Shown: positions 1 to 8,312 of the stretch, piece by piece
Position numbering within the stretch: the first letter of the stretch is position 1
Layout: each line of letters begins with the position of its first letter
From: a virus
Lineage: Duplodnaviria; Heunggongvirae; Uroviricota; Caudoviricetes
Length of the DNA stretch: 13,451 nt
Direction: 5' to 3' (one strand)
IMG/VR virus record: IMGVR_UViG_2698536313_000011
Made by a program: the position numbers and the translations under genes
Notes under the pieces: generated by a model
Told to the model about the DNA's origin: nothing
Database searches by the model: none
The model's input: only the letters and a program-made list of their open reading frames with translations

Positions 1-2
1 GT

Positions 3-80
3 GAATTCACCATGACGCAGTCCGCACCGCTGATGGTGCTGCCGGATCCGGATGAGTTTGTGGTGGTACAGGTGAAATAA
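3..80 (+). CDS. E: Major capsid protein, C-terminal end (5'-truncated by window edge)
   Basis: Open frame running to TAA at 78-80 translates ...EFTMTQSAPLMVLPDPDEFVVVQVK. It sits directly upstream of FI, as E does in lambda. Identification is by position plus my recollection of the lambda E C-terminus, not a search. Confidence 0.5.
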   Translation, partial: EFTMTQSAPLMVLPDPDEFVVVQVK

Positions 81-131
81 TCCGTGAGCGGGGGCGAAAT
101 GCCCCCGTGTCTTTTTTCACAGGAGGCTGAG

Positions 132-515
132 ATGGCAACAAAAGAAGAAAATCTGAATCGTCTTCGTCAACTGGCTGGCCTGCTGGGGCGCGAGGCGGAT
201 ATGTCGGGGAGTGCTGCGGATATTGCTCAACGTGTGTCTGAGTGGGAAGAGGAGCTTGCTGTTTCCCCGGAGGGCATTATGCACTCTGATGAGAGCGGGG
301 CTGATCAAAATCACACAGACGATGGTGAGCAGTTGAACAACACGGATGCTCCGGATGATGTTAAAGCCGTCCGGGTACGGAAGTGCCTGCAAGTAATGGG
401 GTATTGCCCGGAGACAGGTCGTCCCGTTGAGCTGGCGTTACGGGGTATGCGTGTTCTGGTGCCATCATCACTGGCAACGGCCATGATACAGCACGGAACG
501 GCTGAATATGCGTGA
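132..515 (+). CDS. FI: DNA-packaging protein FI
   Basis: ATG at 132 preceded by AGGAGG (121-126). Translation MATKEENLNRLRQLAG... resembles lambda gpFI in sequence, size (127 aa here vs about 132) and position between E and FII. The ORF track start at 84 is a GTG with no SD and was not used. Confidence 0.85.
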   Translation: MATKEENLNRLRQLAGLLGREADMSGSAADIAQRVSEWEEELAVSPEGIMHSDESGADQNHTDDGEQLNNTDAPDDVKAVRVRKCLQVMGYCPETGRPVELALRGMRVLVPSSLATAMIQHGTAEYA

Positions 516-861
516 TTTTCAGAATGCCTTTGATGCTGCCCTCGCCGGGGTAGACAGTACGATCGTTGAAGTGATGGGGCTCTGTGCGCAGTTCACCTCG
601 GGGGCACAGTGTGGCAGCGAAGTTCAGGGGGTTTTTGATGATCCGGAGTCGCTGGGGTTTGCCGGTGGCGGGGTCCGTATTGAAGGAAGCAGCCCGTCAT
701 TATTTGTGCGGACGGATACGGTTCGTGCCGTGCGGCGTGGTGACACGCTGACCATTAATGGTGAGATATTCTGGGTGGATCGTGTTTCTCCGGATGACGG
801 GGGCAGCTGTTATCTCTGGCTCAACCGTGGTCAACCACCCGCAGTTAACCGGCGACGATAA
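508..861 (+). CDS. FII: Head-tail joining protein FII (head completion)
   Basis: 117 aa, same length as lambda gpFII. Translation MRDFQNAFDAA...RVSPDDGGSCYLWLNRGQPPAVNRRR closely matches the lambda FII sequence as I recall it. Start overlaps the FI stop by 8 nt (ATGCGTGA). Confidence 0.9.
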   Translation: MRDFQNAFDAALAGVDSTIVEVMGLCAQFTSGAQCGSEVQGVFDDPESLGFAGGGVRIEGSSPSLFVRTDTVRAVRRGDTLTINGEIFWVDRVSPDDGGSCYLWLNRGQPPAVNRRR

Positions 862-876
862 ACGCAGGGTGAAATT

Positions 877-1410
877 ATGGCGATAAAAGGGCTTGATCAG
901 GCGATTGACAATCTGAGCCGGGTTCGTAAAAACGCCATTCCGGCGGCTTCAGCAATGGCCATTAACCGCGTGGCCACAACGGCGATTAATCAGTCTTCAT
1001 CACAGGTTGCCCGGGAGACAAAGGTTCGCCGGAAACTGGTTAAGGAACGGTCCAGACTGAAACGGGCGACGGTCAGAAATCCGAATGCCAGAATTATCGT
1101 TAACCGCGGTGATCTCCCTGTGATTAAGCTGGGGATCAGGATGCCGGGGCGTCGCCCGAACAGCATACTTAAAGCCGGTCAGCATCGGTATCAGCGGGCA
1201 TTTATTCAGCGATTAAAAAATGGTCGCTGGCATGTCATGCAGCGTGTGGCCGGGAAAAACCGTTACCCCATTGATGTGGTGAAAATCCCGATGGCGGCCC
1301 CACTGAAACAGGCATTTGATGAGAATGTTGACCGTATCCGGCGTGAACGCCTGCCTAAAGAACTGGCATCCGCGCTGAAACAACAACTGAGGATTGCAAT
1401 AAAACGATGA
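877..1410 (+). CDS. Z: Tail completion protein Z
   Basis: 177 aa; the N- and C-terminal blocks (MAIKGL.., ..FIQ.LKNGRWHVMQRVAGKNRYPIDVVKIPMA..RIRRERLPKEL..) match lambda gpZ as recalled. Position between FII and U. Confidence 0.9.
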   Translation: MAIKGLDQAIDNLSRVRKNAIPAASAMAINRVATTAINQSSSQVARETKVRRKLVKERSRLKRATVRNPNARIIVNRGDLPVIKLGIRMPGRRPNSILKAGQHRYQRAFIQRLKNGRWHVMQRVAGKNRYPIDVVKIPMAAPLKQAFDENVDRIRRERLPKELASALKQQLRIAIKR

Positions 1411-1802
1411 AACACACTGACATTCGTGCCGCAGTGCTGGATGCACTCGAGCAGCATGAACACGGGGCGACGCTGTTTGATGGTCGCCCCGTTGTTTTTG
1501 ACGAAGAGGATTTTCCTGCGATCGCGGTTTATCTGACGGATGCAGAGTATACCGGTGAAGAGCTGGATGCAGATACCTGGCGGGCCACGCTGCATATTGA
1601 GGTGTTTTTACCGGCACAGGTACCGGATTCAGAGCTTGATCAGTGGATGGAAAGCCGGATTTACCCGGCGATGACCGCGATCCCGGCACTGGCAGGACTG
1701 ATTACCACGATGGTTACGCAGGGCTATGAGTATCGTCGTGATGACGATATGGCGTTATGGAGTTCTGCAGATCTGACTTATTCCATTACATACGAGATGT
1801 GA
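1407..1802 (+). CDS. U: Tail terminator protein U
   Basis: 131 aa, same length as lambda gpU. MKHT.. start and [25 protein letters not shown] motif match lambda gpU as recalled. ATGA overlap with the Z stop (1407-1410). Confidence 0.92.
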   Translation: MKHTDIRAAVLDALEQHEHGATLFDGRPVVFDEEDFPAIAVYLTDAEYTGEELDADTWRATLHIEVFLPAQVPDSELDQWMESRIYPAMTAIPALAGLITTMVTQGYEYRRDDDMALWSSADLTYSITYEM

Positions 1803-1809
1803 GGACGAT

Positions 1810-2562
1810 ATGGCAACACCAAATCCCCTTGAGCCGGTAAAAGGTGCCGGTACCACTCTGTGGGTTTACAACGGCAAGGGTGATGCTTATGCAAACCCGT
1901 TGTCAGACGATGACTGGCAGCGACTGGCTAAGGTGAAGGATCTGACGCCGGGCGAGATGACGGCAGAATCCTACGATGATAACTACCTGGATGATGAAGA
2001 CGCGGACTGGACCGCGACCGGGCAGGGGCAGAAATCTGCAGGTGATACCAGTTTTACGCTGGCCTGGAAACCGGGAGAGGAAGGCCAGAAAGGGCTTATA
2101 GGCTGGTTTGAAATCGGCGATGTCCGGGCCTATAAAATCCGTTTTCCGAATGGCACGGTGGATGTGTTTCGTGGCTGGGTCAGCAGTATCGGTAAGGCCG
2201 TGACGGCGAAAGAAGTGATCACCCGCACGGTGAAAGTCACTAACGTGGGTAAACCTTCTGTAGCGGAAGAACGCAGCAAAATTACGCCGGTCAGTGCGAT
2301 TAAGGTGACGCCGACATCCGGTACGGTGGCAAAAGGGAAAACAACCACCCTGACGGTTTCTTTTGAGCCGGAAAGTGCAACAGACAAGACGTTCAGAGCG
2401 GTTTCCGCCGATCCGTCGAAAGCCACCATTAGTGTGAAAGATATGACAATTACGGTAAACGGCGTGGCGACAGGTAAGGTGCAGATCCCTGTGGTGAGCG
2501 GAAATGGTCAGTTCGCCGCAGTGGCTGAAGTCACCGTTACTGAAGCGGGCGCTGCAGGGTAA
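1810..2562 (+). CDS. V: Major tail tube protein V with C-terminal Ig-like (Big_2-type) domain
   Basis: 250 aa (lambda gpV is 246). GAGGA ribosome-binding site upstream. The C-terminal segment (about residues 158-245, nt about 2281-2544) is Thr/Val/Ser-rich beta-strand sequence typical of the gpV Ig-like decoration domain. Confidence 0.92.
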   Translation: MATPNPLEPVKGAGTTLWVYNGKGDAYANPLSDDDWQRLAKVKDLTPGEMTAESYDDNYLDDEDADWTATGQGQKSAGDTSFTLAWKPGEEGQKGLIGWFEIGDVRAYKIRFPNGTVDVFRGWVSSIGKAVTAKEVITRTVKVTNVGKPSVAEERSKITPVSAIKVTPTSGTVAKGKTTTLTVSFEPESATDKTFRAVSADPSKATISVKDMTITVNGVATGKVQIPVVSGNGQFAAVAEVTVTEAGAAG

Positions 2563-2575
2563 ACGGAGGTCATAC

Positions 2576-3007
2576 ATGTTTCTGAAAACAGAACAATTTG
2601 AATATAACGGTGTGTCTGTCACGCTTTCCGAATTGTCTGCGCTGCAGCGTATCGAGCATCTTGCCCTCCTGAAACGGCGTGCAGAACAGGCAGAATCCAG
2701 CGGCAACCTGCAGGTAAGCGTGGAAGATCTCGTCAGAACCGGCGCGTTTCTGGTGGCGATGTCCCTGTGGCATAACCATCCACAGAAAACGCAGTCACCG
2801 TCAATGAATGAGGCCGTGATGAAGATAGAGCAGGAAGTGCTCACCACCTGGCCTGCCGATGCCATTGCCCGGGCGGAAGACGTGGTGTTGTGCCTGTCCG
2901 GGATGATCGAAGCTGTTCGTCCGGATACTGATATTACTGAAGTGGCGAAAAATAACACGCTGACTGATGATGATTTTTCTGCGGGAAAGTCTTCGACGGC
3001 GAGCTGA
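2576..3007 (+). CDS. G: Tail assembly chaperone G
   Basis: ATG at 2576 preceded by GGAGG (2566-2570). MFLKTEQFEYNGVSVTLSELSALQRIEHLALLKRRAEQAES.. matches lambda gpG as recalled. The ORF track start at 2504 lies inside V and was not used. Confidence 0.9.
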   Translation: MFLKTEQFEYNGVSVTLSELSALQRIEHLALLKRRAEQAESSGNLQVSVEDLVRTGAFLVAMSLWHNHPQKTQSPSMNEAVMKIEQEVLTTWPADAIARAEDVVLCLSGMIEAVRPDTDITEVAKNNTLTDDDFSAGKSSTAS

Positions 3008-3447
3008 ACTTTGCCCTCAGACTGGCGCGTGAGATGGGGAGACCCGACTGGCGCGCCATGCTTGCCGGGATGACATCCACCGAATATGCCGACTGGCACC
3101 GTTTTTACCGCACGCATTATTTTCAGGATACCCAGCTGGATATGCATTTTTCCGGGCTGACGTACGCCGTACTCAGCCTGTTTTTTTGCGATCCGGATAT
3201 GCATCCCTCTGATTTCAGTCTGCTTGTCCCCCGGCATGAGGAAGAGCAGGTGGAGAGGCCGGATGAGGACAAAATGCTGATGCAGAAAGCGGCAGGACTT
3301 GCCGGAGGCGTCCGGTTCGGTGGGGACGGAGGGCGCGATATTTTATCGTCTGCGGATGTGGCGGATGTCATGGTGGATGATGCCGCATTAATGATGGCTT
3401 CAGCGGGGATTCCGGGAGGTGTGAGATATGTCCCAGCCGGTTGGTGA
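2576..3447 (+). CDS. T: Tail assembly chaperone G-T fusion made by programmed -1 ribosomal frameshift
   Basis: Slippery heptamer G GGA AAG at 2983-2989 sits in the G frame 6 codons before the G stop. The -1 frame is open from there to TGA 3445-3447 and encodes ..LNFALRLAREMGRPDWRAMLAGMTSTEYADWHRFY.., which matches lambda gpT. Frames were checked by hand: G is in frame 2, T in frame 1. Confidence 0.8.
2983..2989 (+). other. Programmed -1 frameshift slippery site GGGAAAG (G to G-T)
   Basis: Heptamer is seen directly in the sequence in the correct phase (G|GGA|AAG in the G frame). It is identical to the lambda G-T slip site known from the literature. Confidence 0.8.
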
Positions 3448-6001
3448 TCTTGTTATTGACCTGAGTCTGGATGCGGTCCGTTTCGATGAGCAGATGAGCC
3501 GGGTAAGGCGTCATTTTTCAGGACTGGAGACTGACGCCAGAAAAACCGCCGGTGTCGTTGAGCAGAACCTGAGTCGTCAGGCGCTGGCTGCACAAAAAGC
3601 CGGGATTTCCGTCGGGCAGTATAAAGCGGCCATGCGAACCCTGCCCGCACAGTTTACGGATATCGCCACGCAGCTTGCCGGTGGTCAGAATCCCTGGCTG
3701 ATCCTGCTGCAACAGGGCGGTCAGGTGAAGGACTCCTTCGGCGGGATGATCCCCATGTTCAGGGGACTTGCCGGTGCGATCACCCTGCCGATGGTCGGGG
3801 TCACCTCGCTGGCGGTGGCGACAGGTGCGCTTGCGTACGCCTGGTACCTGGGGGATTCCACGCTTTCAGCGTTTAATAAAACCCTGGTTCTTTCCGGTAA
3901 TCAGTCCGGACTGACTGCCGATCGCATGCTGACGCTCTCCAGAGCCGGACAGGCCGCAGGGCTGACGTTTAACCAGGCGAGAGAGTCACTGGCAGCCCTG
4001 GTGAATGCCGGTGTGCGTGGTGGTGAACAGTTTGATGCCATCAACCAGAGTGTCGCGCGTTTTGCTTCTGCATCCGGTGTGGAGGTGGACAAGGTTGCAG
4101 AGGCTTTCGGAAAACTGACCACCGACCCGACGTCGGGGCTGATTGCGATGGCGCGCCAGTTCCGTAACGTGACGGCAGAGCAGATTGCGTATGTTGCGCA
4201 GCTGCAGCGTTCCGGTGATGAGGCCGGGGCCTTACAGGCGGCGAACGATATCGCCACGAAAGGCTTTGATGAGCAGACCCGTCGCCTGAAAGAAAACATG
4301 GGGACACTGGAGACCTGGGCGGATAAAACAGGGAAGGCGTTCAAATCGATGTGGGATGCCATTCTGGATATCGGTCGTCCTGAGTCCTCAGCGGATATGC
4401 TCGCCAGTGCACAGAAGGCATTTGATGAGGCGGATAAAAAATGGCAGTGGTACCAGAGCCGGAGCCAGCGCCGGGGAAAAACCGCCTCTTTCCGGGCCAA
4501 CCTTCAGGGCGCATGGAATGACCGGGAAAATGCCCGTCTGGGGCTGGCAGCGGCCACGCTGCAGTCGGATATGGAAAAAGCCGGTGAACTGGCCGCCAGG
4601 GACCGGGCCGAACGGGACGCATCACAGCTGAAGTATACCGAAGAGGCGCAGAAGGCTTACGAACGGCTGCAGACGCCGCTGGAGAAATATACCGCCCGTC
4701 AGGAAGAACTGAACAAGGCACTGAAGGACGGGAAAATCCTGCAGGCGGATTACAACACGCTGATGGCGTCGGCAAAAAAGGATTATGAATCGACGCTGAA
4801 AAAGCCGTCAGGTGTGAAGGTGTCTGCCGGTGAGCGCCAGGAAGACCGGGCGCATGCAGCCATGCTGGCGCTTGAAACCGAGCTCAGGACGCTGGAAAAA
4901 CACAGCGGTGTGAATGAGAAAATCAGCCAGCAGCGCCGGGATTTATGGGAAGCGGAAAATCAGTATGTGGTCCTGAAAGAGGCCGCCACGAAACGGCAGT
5001 TATCTGAGCAGGAAAAATCCCTGCTGGCTCATGAGAAAGAGACGCTGGAGTACAAACGCCAGCTGGCTGAGCTGGGAGACAAGATTGAACACCAGAAGCG
5101 GCTGAATGAGCTGGCACAGCAGGCGGCGCGGTTTGAACAGCAGCAGAGCGCGAAGCAGGCGGCAATCAGCGCAAAAGCCCGCGGCCTCACTGACCGTCAG
5201 GCGCAGCGGGAGTCGGAAGAGCAGCGCCTTCGTGAGGTGTACGGTGATAATCCGGCTGCGCTGGCGAAGGCCACATCTGCACTGAAGAACACCTGGTCTG
5301 CGGAGGAGCAGCTTCGTGGAAGCTGGATGGCCGGGATGAAGTCCGGCTGGGGCGAGTGGGCGGAAAGTGCGACGGACAGTTTTTCGCAGGTTAAAAACGC
5401 GGCCACGCAGACCTTTGACGGTATTGCACAGAATATGGCGGCGATGCTGACCGGCAGCGAACAGAACTGGCGTGGTTTCACCCGTTCTGTGCTGTCCATG
5501 CTGACAGAGATTTTTCTGAAGCAGGCGATGGTGGGGATAGTCGGGAGTATCGGCAGCGCCATTGGCGGTGCTTTCGGTGGTGGTGCGTCTGCCTCCACGG
5601 GGACGGCCATTCAGGCTGCGGCGGCGAACTTCCATTTCGCGACCGGGGGATTTACGGGGACGGGGGGGAAATATGAACCTGCGGGGATTGTTCATCGCGG
5701 GGAGTTTGTCTTCACGAAGGAGGCGACCAGCCGGATTGGCGTGGGAAATCTTTACCGGCTGATGCGCGGCTATGCCACCGGCGGTTATGTCGGTGGCACC
5801 GGAAGTCCGGCGCAAATGCGGCGTTCAGAGGGTATCAGATTTGAGCAGAACAACAACGTGGTGATTCAGAACGACGGTACGAATGGTCTGCCAGGTCCAC
5901 AGATGCTGAAGGCAGTGTATGACATGGCCCGCAAGGGTGCCCGTGATGAAATTCAGGCACAGATGCGCGATGGTGGTCTGTTCTCCGGAGGTGGACGATG
6001 A
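3428..6001 (+). CDS. H: Tail tape measure protein H
   Basis: 857 aa (lambda gpH is 853). GGAGG ribosome-binding site. The N-terminus and long internal blocks (..KYTEEAQKAYERLQTPLEKYTARQEELNKALKDGKILQADYNTLMA.., C-terminal ..FHFATGGFTGTGGKYEPAGIVHRGEFVFTKEATSRIGVGNLYRLMRGYATGGYVG..) match lambda gpH as recalled. Start overlaps the G-T stop. Confidence 0.95.
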   Translation: MSQPVGDLVIDLSLDAVRFDEQMSRVRRHFSGLETDARKTAGVVEQNLSRQALAAQKAGISVGQYKAAMRTLPAQFTDIATQLAGGQNPWLILLQQGGQVKDSFGGMIPMFRGLAGAITLPMVGVTSLAVATGALAYAWYLGDSTLSAFNKTLVLSGNQSGLTADRMLTLSRAGQAAGLTFNQARESLAALVNAGVRGGEQFDAINQSVARFASASGVEVDKVAEAFGKLTTDPTSGLIAMARQFRNVTAEQIAYVAQLQRSGDEAGALQAANDIATKGFDEQTRRLKENMGTLETWADKTGKAFKSMWDAILDIGRPESSADMLASAQKAFDEADKKWQWYQSRSQRRGKTASFRANLQGAWNDRENARLGLAAATLQSDMEKAGELAARDRAERDASQLKYTEEAQKAYERLQTPLEKYTARQEELNKALKDGKILQADYNTLMASAKKDYESTLKKPSGVKVSAGERQEDRAHAAMLALETELRTLEKHSGVNEKISQQRRDLWEAENQYVVLKEAATKRQLSEQEKSLLAHEKETLEYKRQLAELGDKIEHQKRLNELAQQAARFEQQQSAKQAAISAKARGLTDRQAQRESEEQRLREVYGDNPAALAKATSALKNTWSAEEQLRGSWMAGMKSGWGEWAESATDSFSQVKNAATQTFDGIAQNMAAMLTGSEQNWRGFTRSVLSMLTEIFLKQAMVGIVGSIGSAIGGAFGGGASASTGTAIQAAAANFHFATGGFTGTGGKYEPAGIVHRGEFVFTKEATSRIGVGNLYRLMRGYATGGYVGGTGSPAQMRRSEGIRFEQNNNVVIQNDGTNGLPGPQMLKAVYDMARKGARDEIQAQMRDGGLFSGGGR

Positions 6002-6327
6002 AGACCTTCCACTGGAAAGTGAAACCCGGTATGGATGTGGCTTCAGCCCCTTCCGTCAGGAAAGTGCGCTTTGGTGATGGCTATTCCCAGCGAGCGCCTG
6101 CCGGGCTGAATGCCGACCTGAAAACGTACAGCGTGACGCTTTCTGTTCCCCGTTGGGAGGCCACGGCGCTTGAGTCGTTTCTGGCTGAGCACGGGGGCTG
6201 GAAATCCTTTCTGTGGACGCCGCCTTATGAGTGGCGGCAGATAAAGGTGACCTGCGCAAAATGGTCGTCGCGGGTCAGTATGCTGCGTGTTGAGTTCAGC
6301 GCAGAGTTTGAACAGGTGGTGAACTGA
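5998..6327 (+). CDS. M: Tail tip protein M
   Basis: 109 aa, same length as lambda gpM. ATGA overlap with the H stop. Position between H and L. Confidence 0.9.
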   Translation: MKTFHWKVKPGMDVASAPSVRKVRFGDGYSQRAPAGLNADLKTYSVTLSVPRWEATALESFLAEHGGWKSFLWTPPYEWRQIKVTCAKWSSRVSMLRVEFSAEFEQVVN

Positions 6328-7025
6328 TGCAGGATATCCGGCAGGAAACACTGAATGAATGCACCCGTGCGGAGCAGTCGGCCAGCGTGGTGCTCTGGGA
6401 AATCGATCTGACAGAGGTCGGTGGAGAACGTTATTTTTTCTGTAATGAGCAGAACGAAAAAGGTGAGCCGGTCACCTGGCAGGGGCGACAGTATCAGCCG
6501 TATCCCATTCAGGGGAGTGGTTTTGAACTGAATGGCAAAGGCACCAGTACGCGCCCCACGCTGACGGTTTCTAACCTGTACGGTATGGTCACCGGTATGG
6601 TGGAAGATATGCAGAGTCTGGTCGGCGGAACGGTGGTCCGGCGTAAGGTTTACGCCCGTTTTCTGGATGCGGTGAACTTCGTCAACGGAAACAGTGACGC
6701 CGATCCGGAGCAGGAGGTGATCAGCCGCTGGCGCATCGAGCAGTGCAGCGAACTGAGCGCGGTGAGTGCCTCCTTTGTACTGTCCACGCCGACGGAAACG
6801 GATGGCGCTGTTTTTCCGGGACGTATCATGCTGGCCAACACCTGCACCTGGACCTATCGCGGTGATGAGTGCGGTTATCACGGTCCGGCAGTCGCGGATG
6901 AATATGACCAGCCGACGTCCGATATCACGAAGGATAAATGCAGCAAATGCCTGAGCGGCTGTAAGTTTCGCAATAACGTCGGCAACTTTGGCGGCTTCCT
7001 TTCCATTAACAAACTTTCGCAGTAA
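6327..7025 (+). CDS. L: Tail tip protein L (Cys-rich C-terminus, putative Fe-S site)
   Basis: 232 aa, same length as lambda gpL. 1-nt overlap with the M stop (TGATG), as in lambda. C-terminal Cys cluster (..CTWTYRGDECGYHG..KDKCSKCLSGCKF..). Confidence 0.9.
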   Translation: MQDIRQETLNECTRAEQSASVVLWEIDLTEVGGERYFFCNEQNEKGEPVTWQGRQYQPYPIQGSGFELNGKGTSTRPTLTVSNLYGMVTGMVEDMQSLVGGTVVRRKVYARFLDAVNFVNGNSDADPEQEVISRWRIEQCSELSAVSASFVLSTPTETDGAVFPGRIMLANTCTWTYRGDECGYHGPAVADEYDQPTSDITKDKCSKCLSGCKFRNNVGNFGGFLSINKLSQ

Positions 7026-7029
7026 TCCC

Positions 7030-7773
7030 ATGACAGAGACAGAATCAGCGATTCTGGCGCACGCCCGGCGATGTGCGCCAGCGGAGTCGTGCGGCTTCGT
7101 GGTGAGAGCGCCGGAGGGGGAAAGATATTTTCCCTGCGTGAATATTTCCGGTGAGCCGGAGGATTATTTCCGGATGGCTCCGGAGGACTGGCTGCAGGCA
7201 GAGATGCAGGGTGAGATTGTGGCACTGGTCCACAGTCATCCCGGTGGTCTGCCCTGGCTGAGTGAGGCTGACCGGCGGCTGCAGGTGCAGAGTGATTTGC
7301 CGTGGTGGCTGGTCTGCCGGGGGGCGATTCACAAGTTCCGCTGTGTGCCGCATCTCACCGGGCGGCGCTTTGAGCACGGGGTGACGGACTGTTACACGCT
7401 GTTCCGGGATGCTTATCATCTGGCGGGGATTGAGATGCCGGATTTTCATCGCGGGGATGACTGGTGGCGTCACGGTCAGAATCTCTATCTGGATAATCTG
7501 GAGGCCACAGGGCTGTATCAGGTGCCGTTGTCAGCGGCGCAGCCGGGCGATGTGCTGCTGTGCTGTTTTGGTTCATCGGTGCCGAATCATGCCGCCATTT
7601 ACTGTGGTGACAGCGAGCTGCTGCACCATATTCCTGAACAACTGAGCAAACGAGAGAGGTACACCGACAAATGGCAGCGACGCACACACTCCCTCTGGCG
7701 TCACCAGGCATGGCACGCATCTGCCTTTACGGGGATTTACAACGATTTGGTCGCCGCATCGACCTTCGTGTGA
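7030..7773 (+). CDS. K: Tail tip assembly protein K (MPN/JAMM plus NlpC/P60 domains)
   Basis: ORF from ATG 7030 (MTETESAILAHARRC..), 247 aa. JAMM motif HSHPGGLPWLSEAD (H-x-H-x7-S-x2-D) at nt 7231-7272. NlpC/P60-like Cys (..GVTDCYTLF..) and His (..VPNHAAIY..) downstream. The classical lambda 199-aa start corresponds to ATG 7174 here. The ORF track start at 6988 overlaps L and was not used. Confidence 0.85.
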   Translation: MTETESAILAHARRCAPAESCGFVVRAPEGERYFPCVNISGEPEDYFRMAPEDWLQAEMQGEIVALVHSHPGGLPWLSEADRRLQVQSDLPWWLVCRGAIHKFRCVPHLTGRRFEHGVTDCYTLFRDAYHLAGIEMPDFHRGDDWWRHGQNLYLDNLEATGLYQVPLSAAQPGDVLLCCFGSSVPNHAAIYCGDSELLHHIPEQLSKRERYTDKWQRRTHSLWRHQAWHASAFTGIYNDLVAASTFV

Positions 7774-8312
7774 AAACGGGGGCCGAAGCCATCCGGGCGC
7801 TGGCCACACAGCTCCCGGCGTTTCGCCAGAAACTGAATGAGGGCTGGTATCAGGTGCGCATTGCCGGGCGTGATGCAGGCGAAAACGAATTATCTGCCCG
7901 TCTTAATGAGCCGCTGGCAAATGGTGCCGTGATCCACATCGTACCGCGTCTGGCGGGTGCCAAAAGTGGTGGTGTTTTTCAGGCAGTGCTGGGTGCGGCG
8001 CTGATTGCTACGGCAATCTGGATGCCAGGAATCAGTATCGCTTTCAGTAACATTCTCTTTTCTATGGGGGCAGCGATGACGCTTGGTGGTGTCGCACAGA
8101 TGCTGGCCCCTAAACCCAAAACTCCACGTACACAGACAACGGATAACGGCAAACAGAACACCTATTTCTCCTCACTGGATAACATGGTTGCCCAGGGCAA
8201 TGTCCTGCCTGTTCTGTACGGTGAAATGCGCGTGGGGTCACGTGTGGCATCTCAGGAGATCAGCACGGCAGATGAAGGGGATGGTGGTCAGGTTGTGGTA
8301 ATTGGGCGGTAA
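7671..8312 (+). CDS. I: Tail tip assembly protein I
   Basis: 213 aa (lambda gpI is 223). Overlaps the 3' end of K by 103 nt in a different frame, exactly the K/I overlap length in lambda. Hydrophobic central segment (..AVLGAALIATAIWMPGISIAFSNILFSMGAAMTLGGVAQMLAP..). Confidence 0.85.
   Translation: MAATHTLPLASPGMARICLYGDLQRFGRRIDLRVKTGAEAIRALATQLPAFRQKLNEGWYQVRIAGRDAGENELSARLNEPLANGAVIHIVPRLAGAKSGGVFQAVLGAALIATAIWMPGISIAFSNILFSMGAAMTLGGVAQMLAPKPKTPRTQTTDNGKQNTYFSSLDNMVAQGNVLPVLYGEMRVGSRVASQEISTADEGDGGQVVVIGR

Noticed and set aside
84-131. Upstream GTG start (84) for FI giving a 143-aa protein
   Set aside because: ATG at 132 has a canonical AGGAGG ribosome-binding site 5 nt upstream and gives a lambda-like FI N-terminus. 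The GTG extension has no SD and begins 4 nt after the E stop.
2504-2575. Upstream start (2504) for G overlapping the end of V
   Set aside because: ATG 2576 follows a GGAGG ribosome-binding site and reproduces the lambda gpG N-terminus (MFLKTE..). The extension is read out of frame within V.
1903-3237. 444-aa minus-strand ORF antisense to V, G and T
   Set aside because: Lies entirely antisense to well-conserved lambda tail genes. The translation is Arg/Cys/His-rich low-complexity sequence typical of spurious ORFs on the antisense strand of GC-rich coding DNA. No ribosome-binding site or family resemblance.
3034-3447. T as an independently initiated 137-aa gene
   Set aside because: In lambda, T is expressed only as the C-terminal part of the G-T frameshift product. 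ATG 3034 is internal and lacks a convincing ribosome-binding site, so it is annotated as part of G-T instead.
3901-5815. Several minus-strand ORFs (3901-4500, 4341-4775, 5000-5815, 5197-5610) inside the tape measure gene
   Set aside because: All are antisense to the strongly conserved H gene, with low-complexity Pro/Arg/Ala-rich translations; taken as chance open frames in GC-rich DNA.
6988-7029. Upstream start (6988) for K overlapping the 3' end of L
   Set aside because: ATG 7030 directly follows the L stop and begins MTETESAIL.., matching lambda K-region translations. The 14-codon extension lies inside L.
6225-7031. 268-aa minus-strand ORF antisense to L
   Set aside because: Antisense to conserved gpL; no ribosome-binding site; composition is not protein-like.
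7045-7809. Minus-strand ORFs (7045-7473, 7355-7720, 7573-7809) and small plus-strand ORFs (7409-7645, 8083-8301) within K and I
   Set aside because: Overlap the conserved K/I coding frames in alternative frames or antisense; no independent support.
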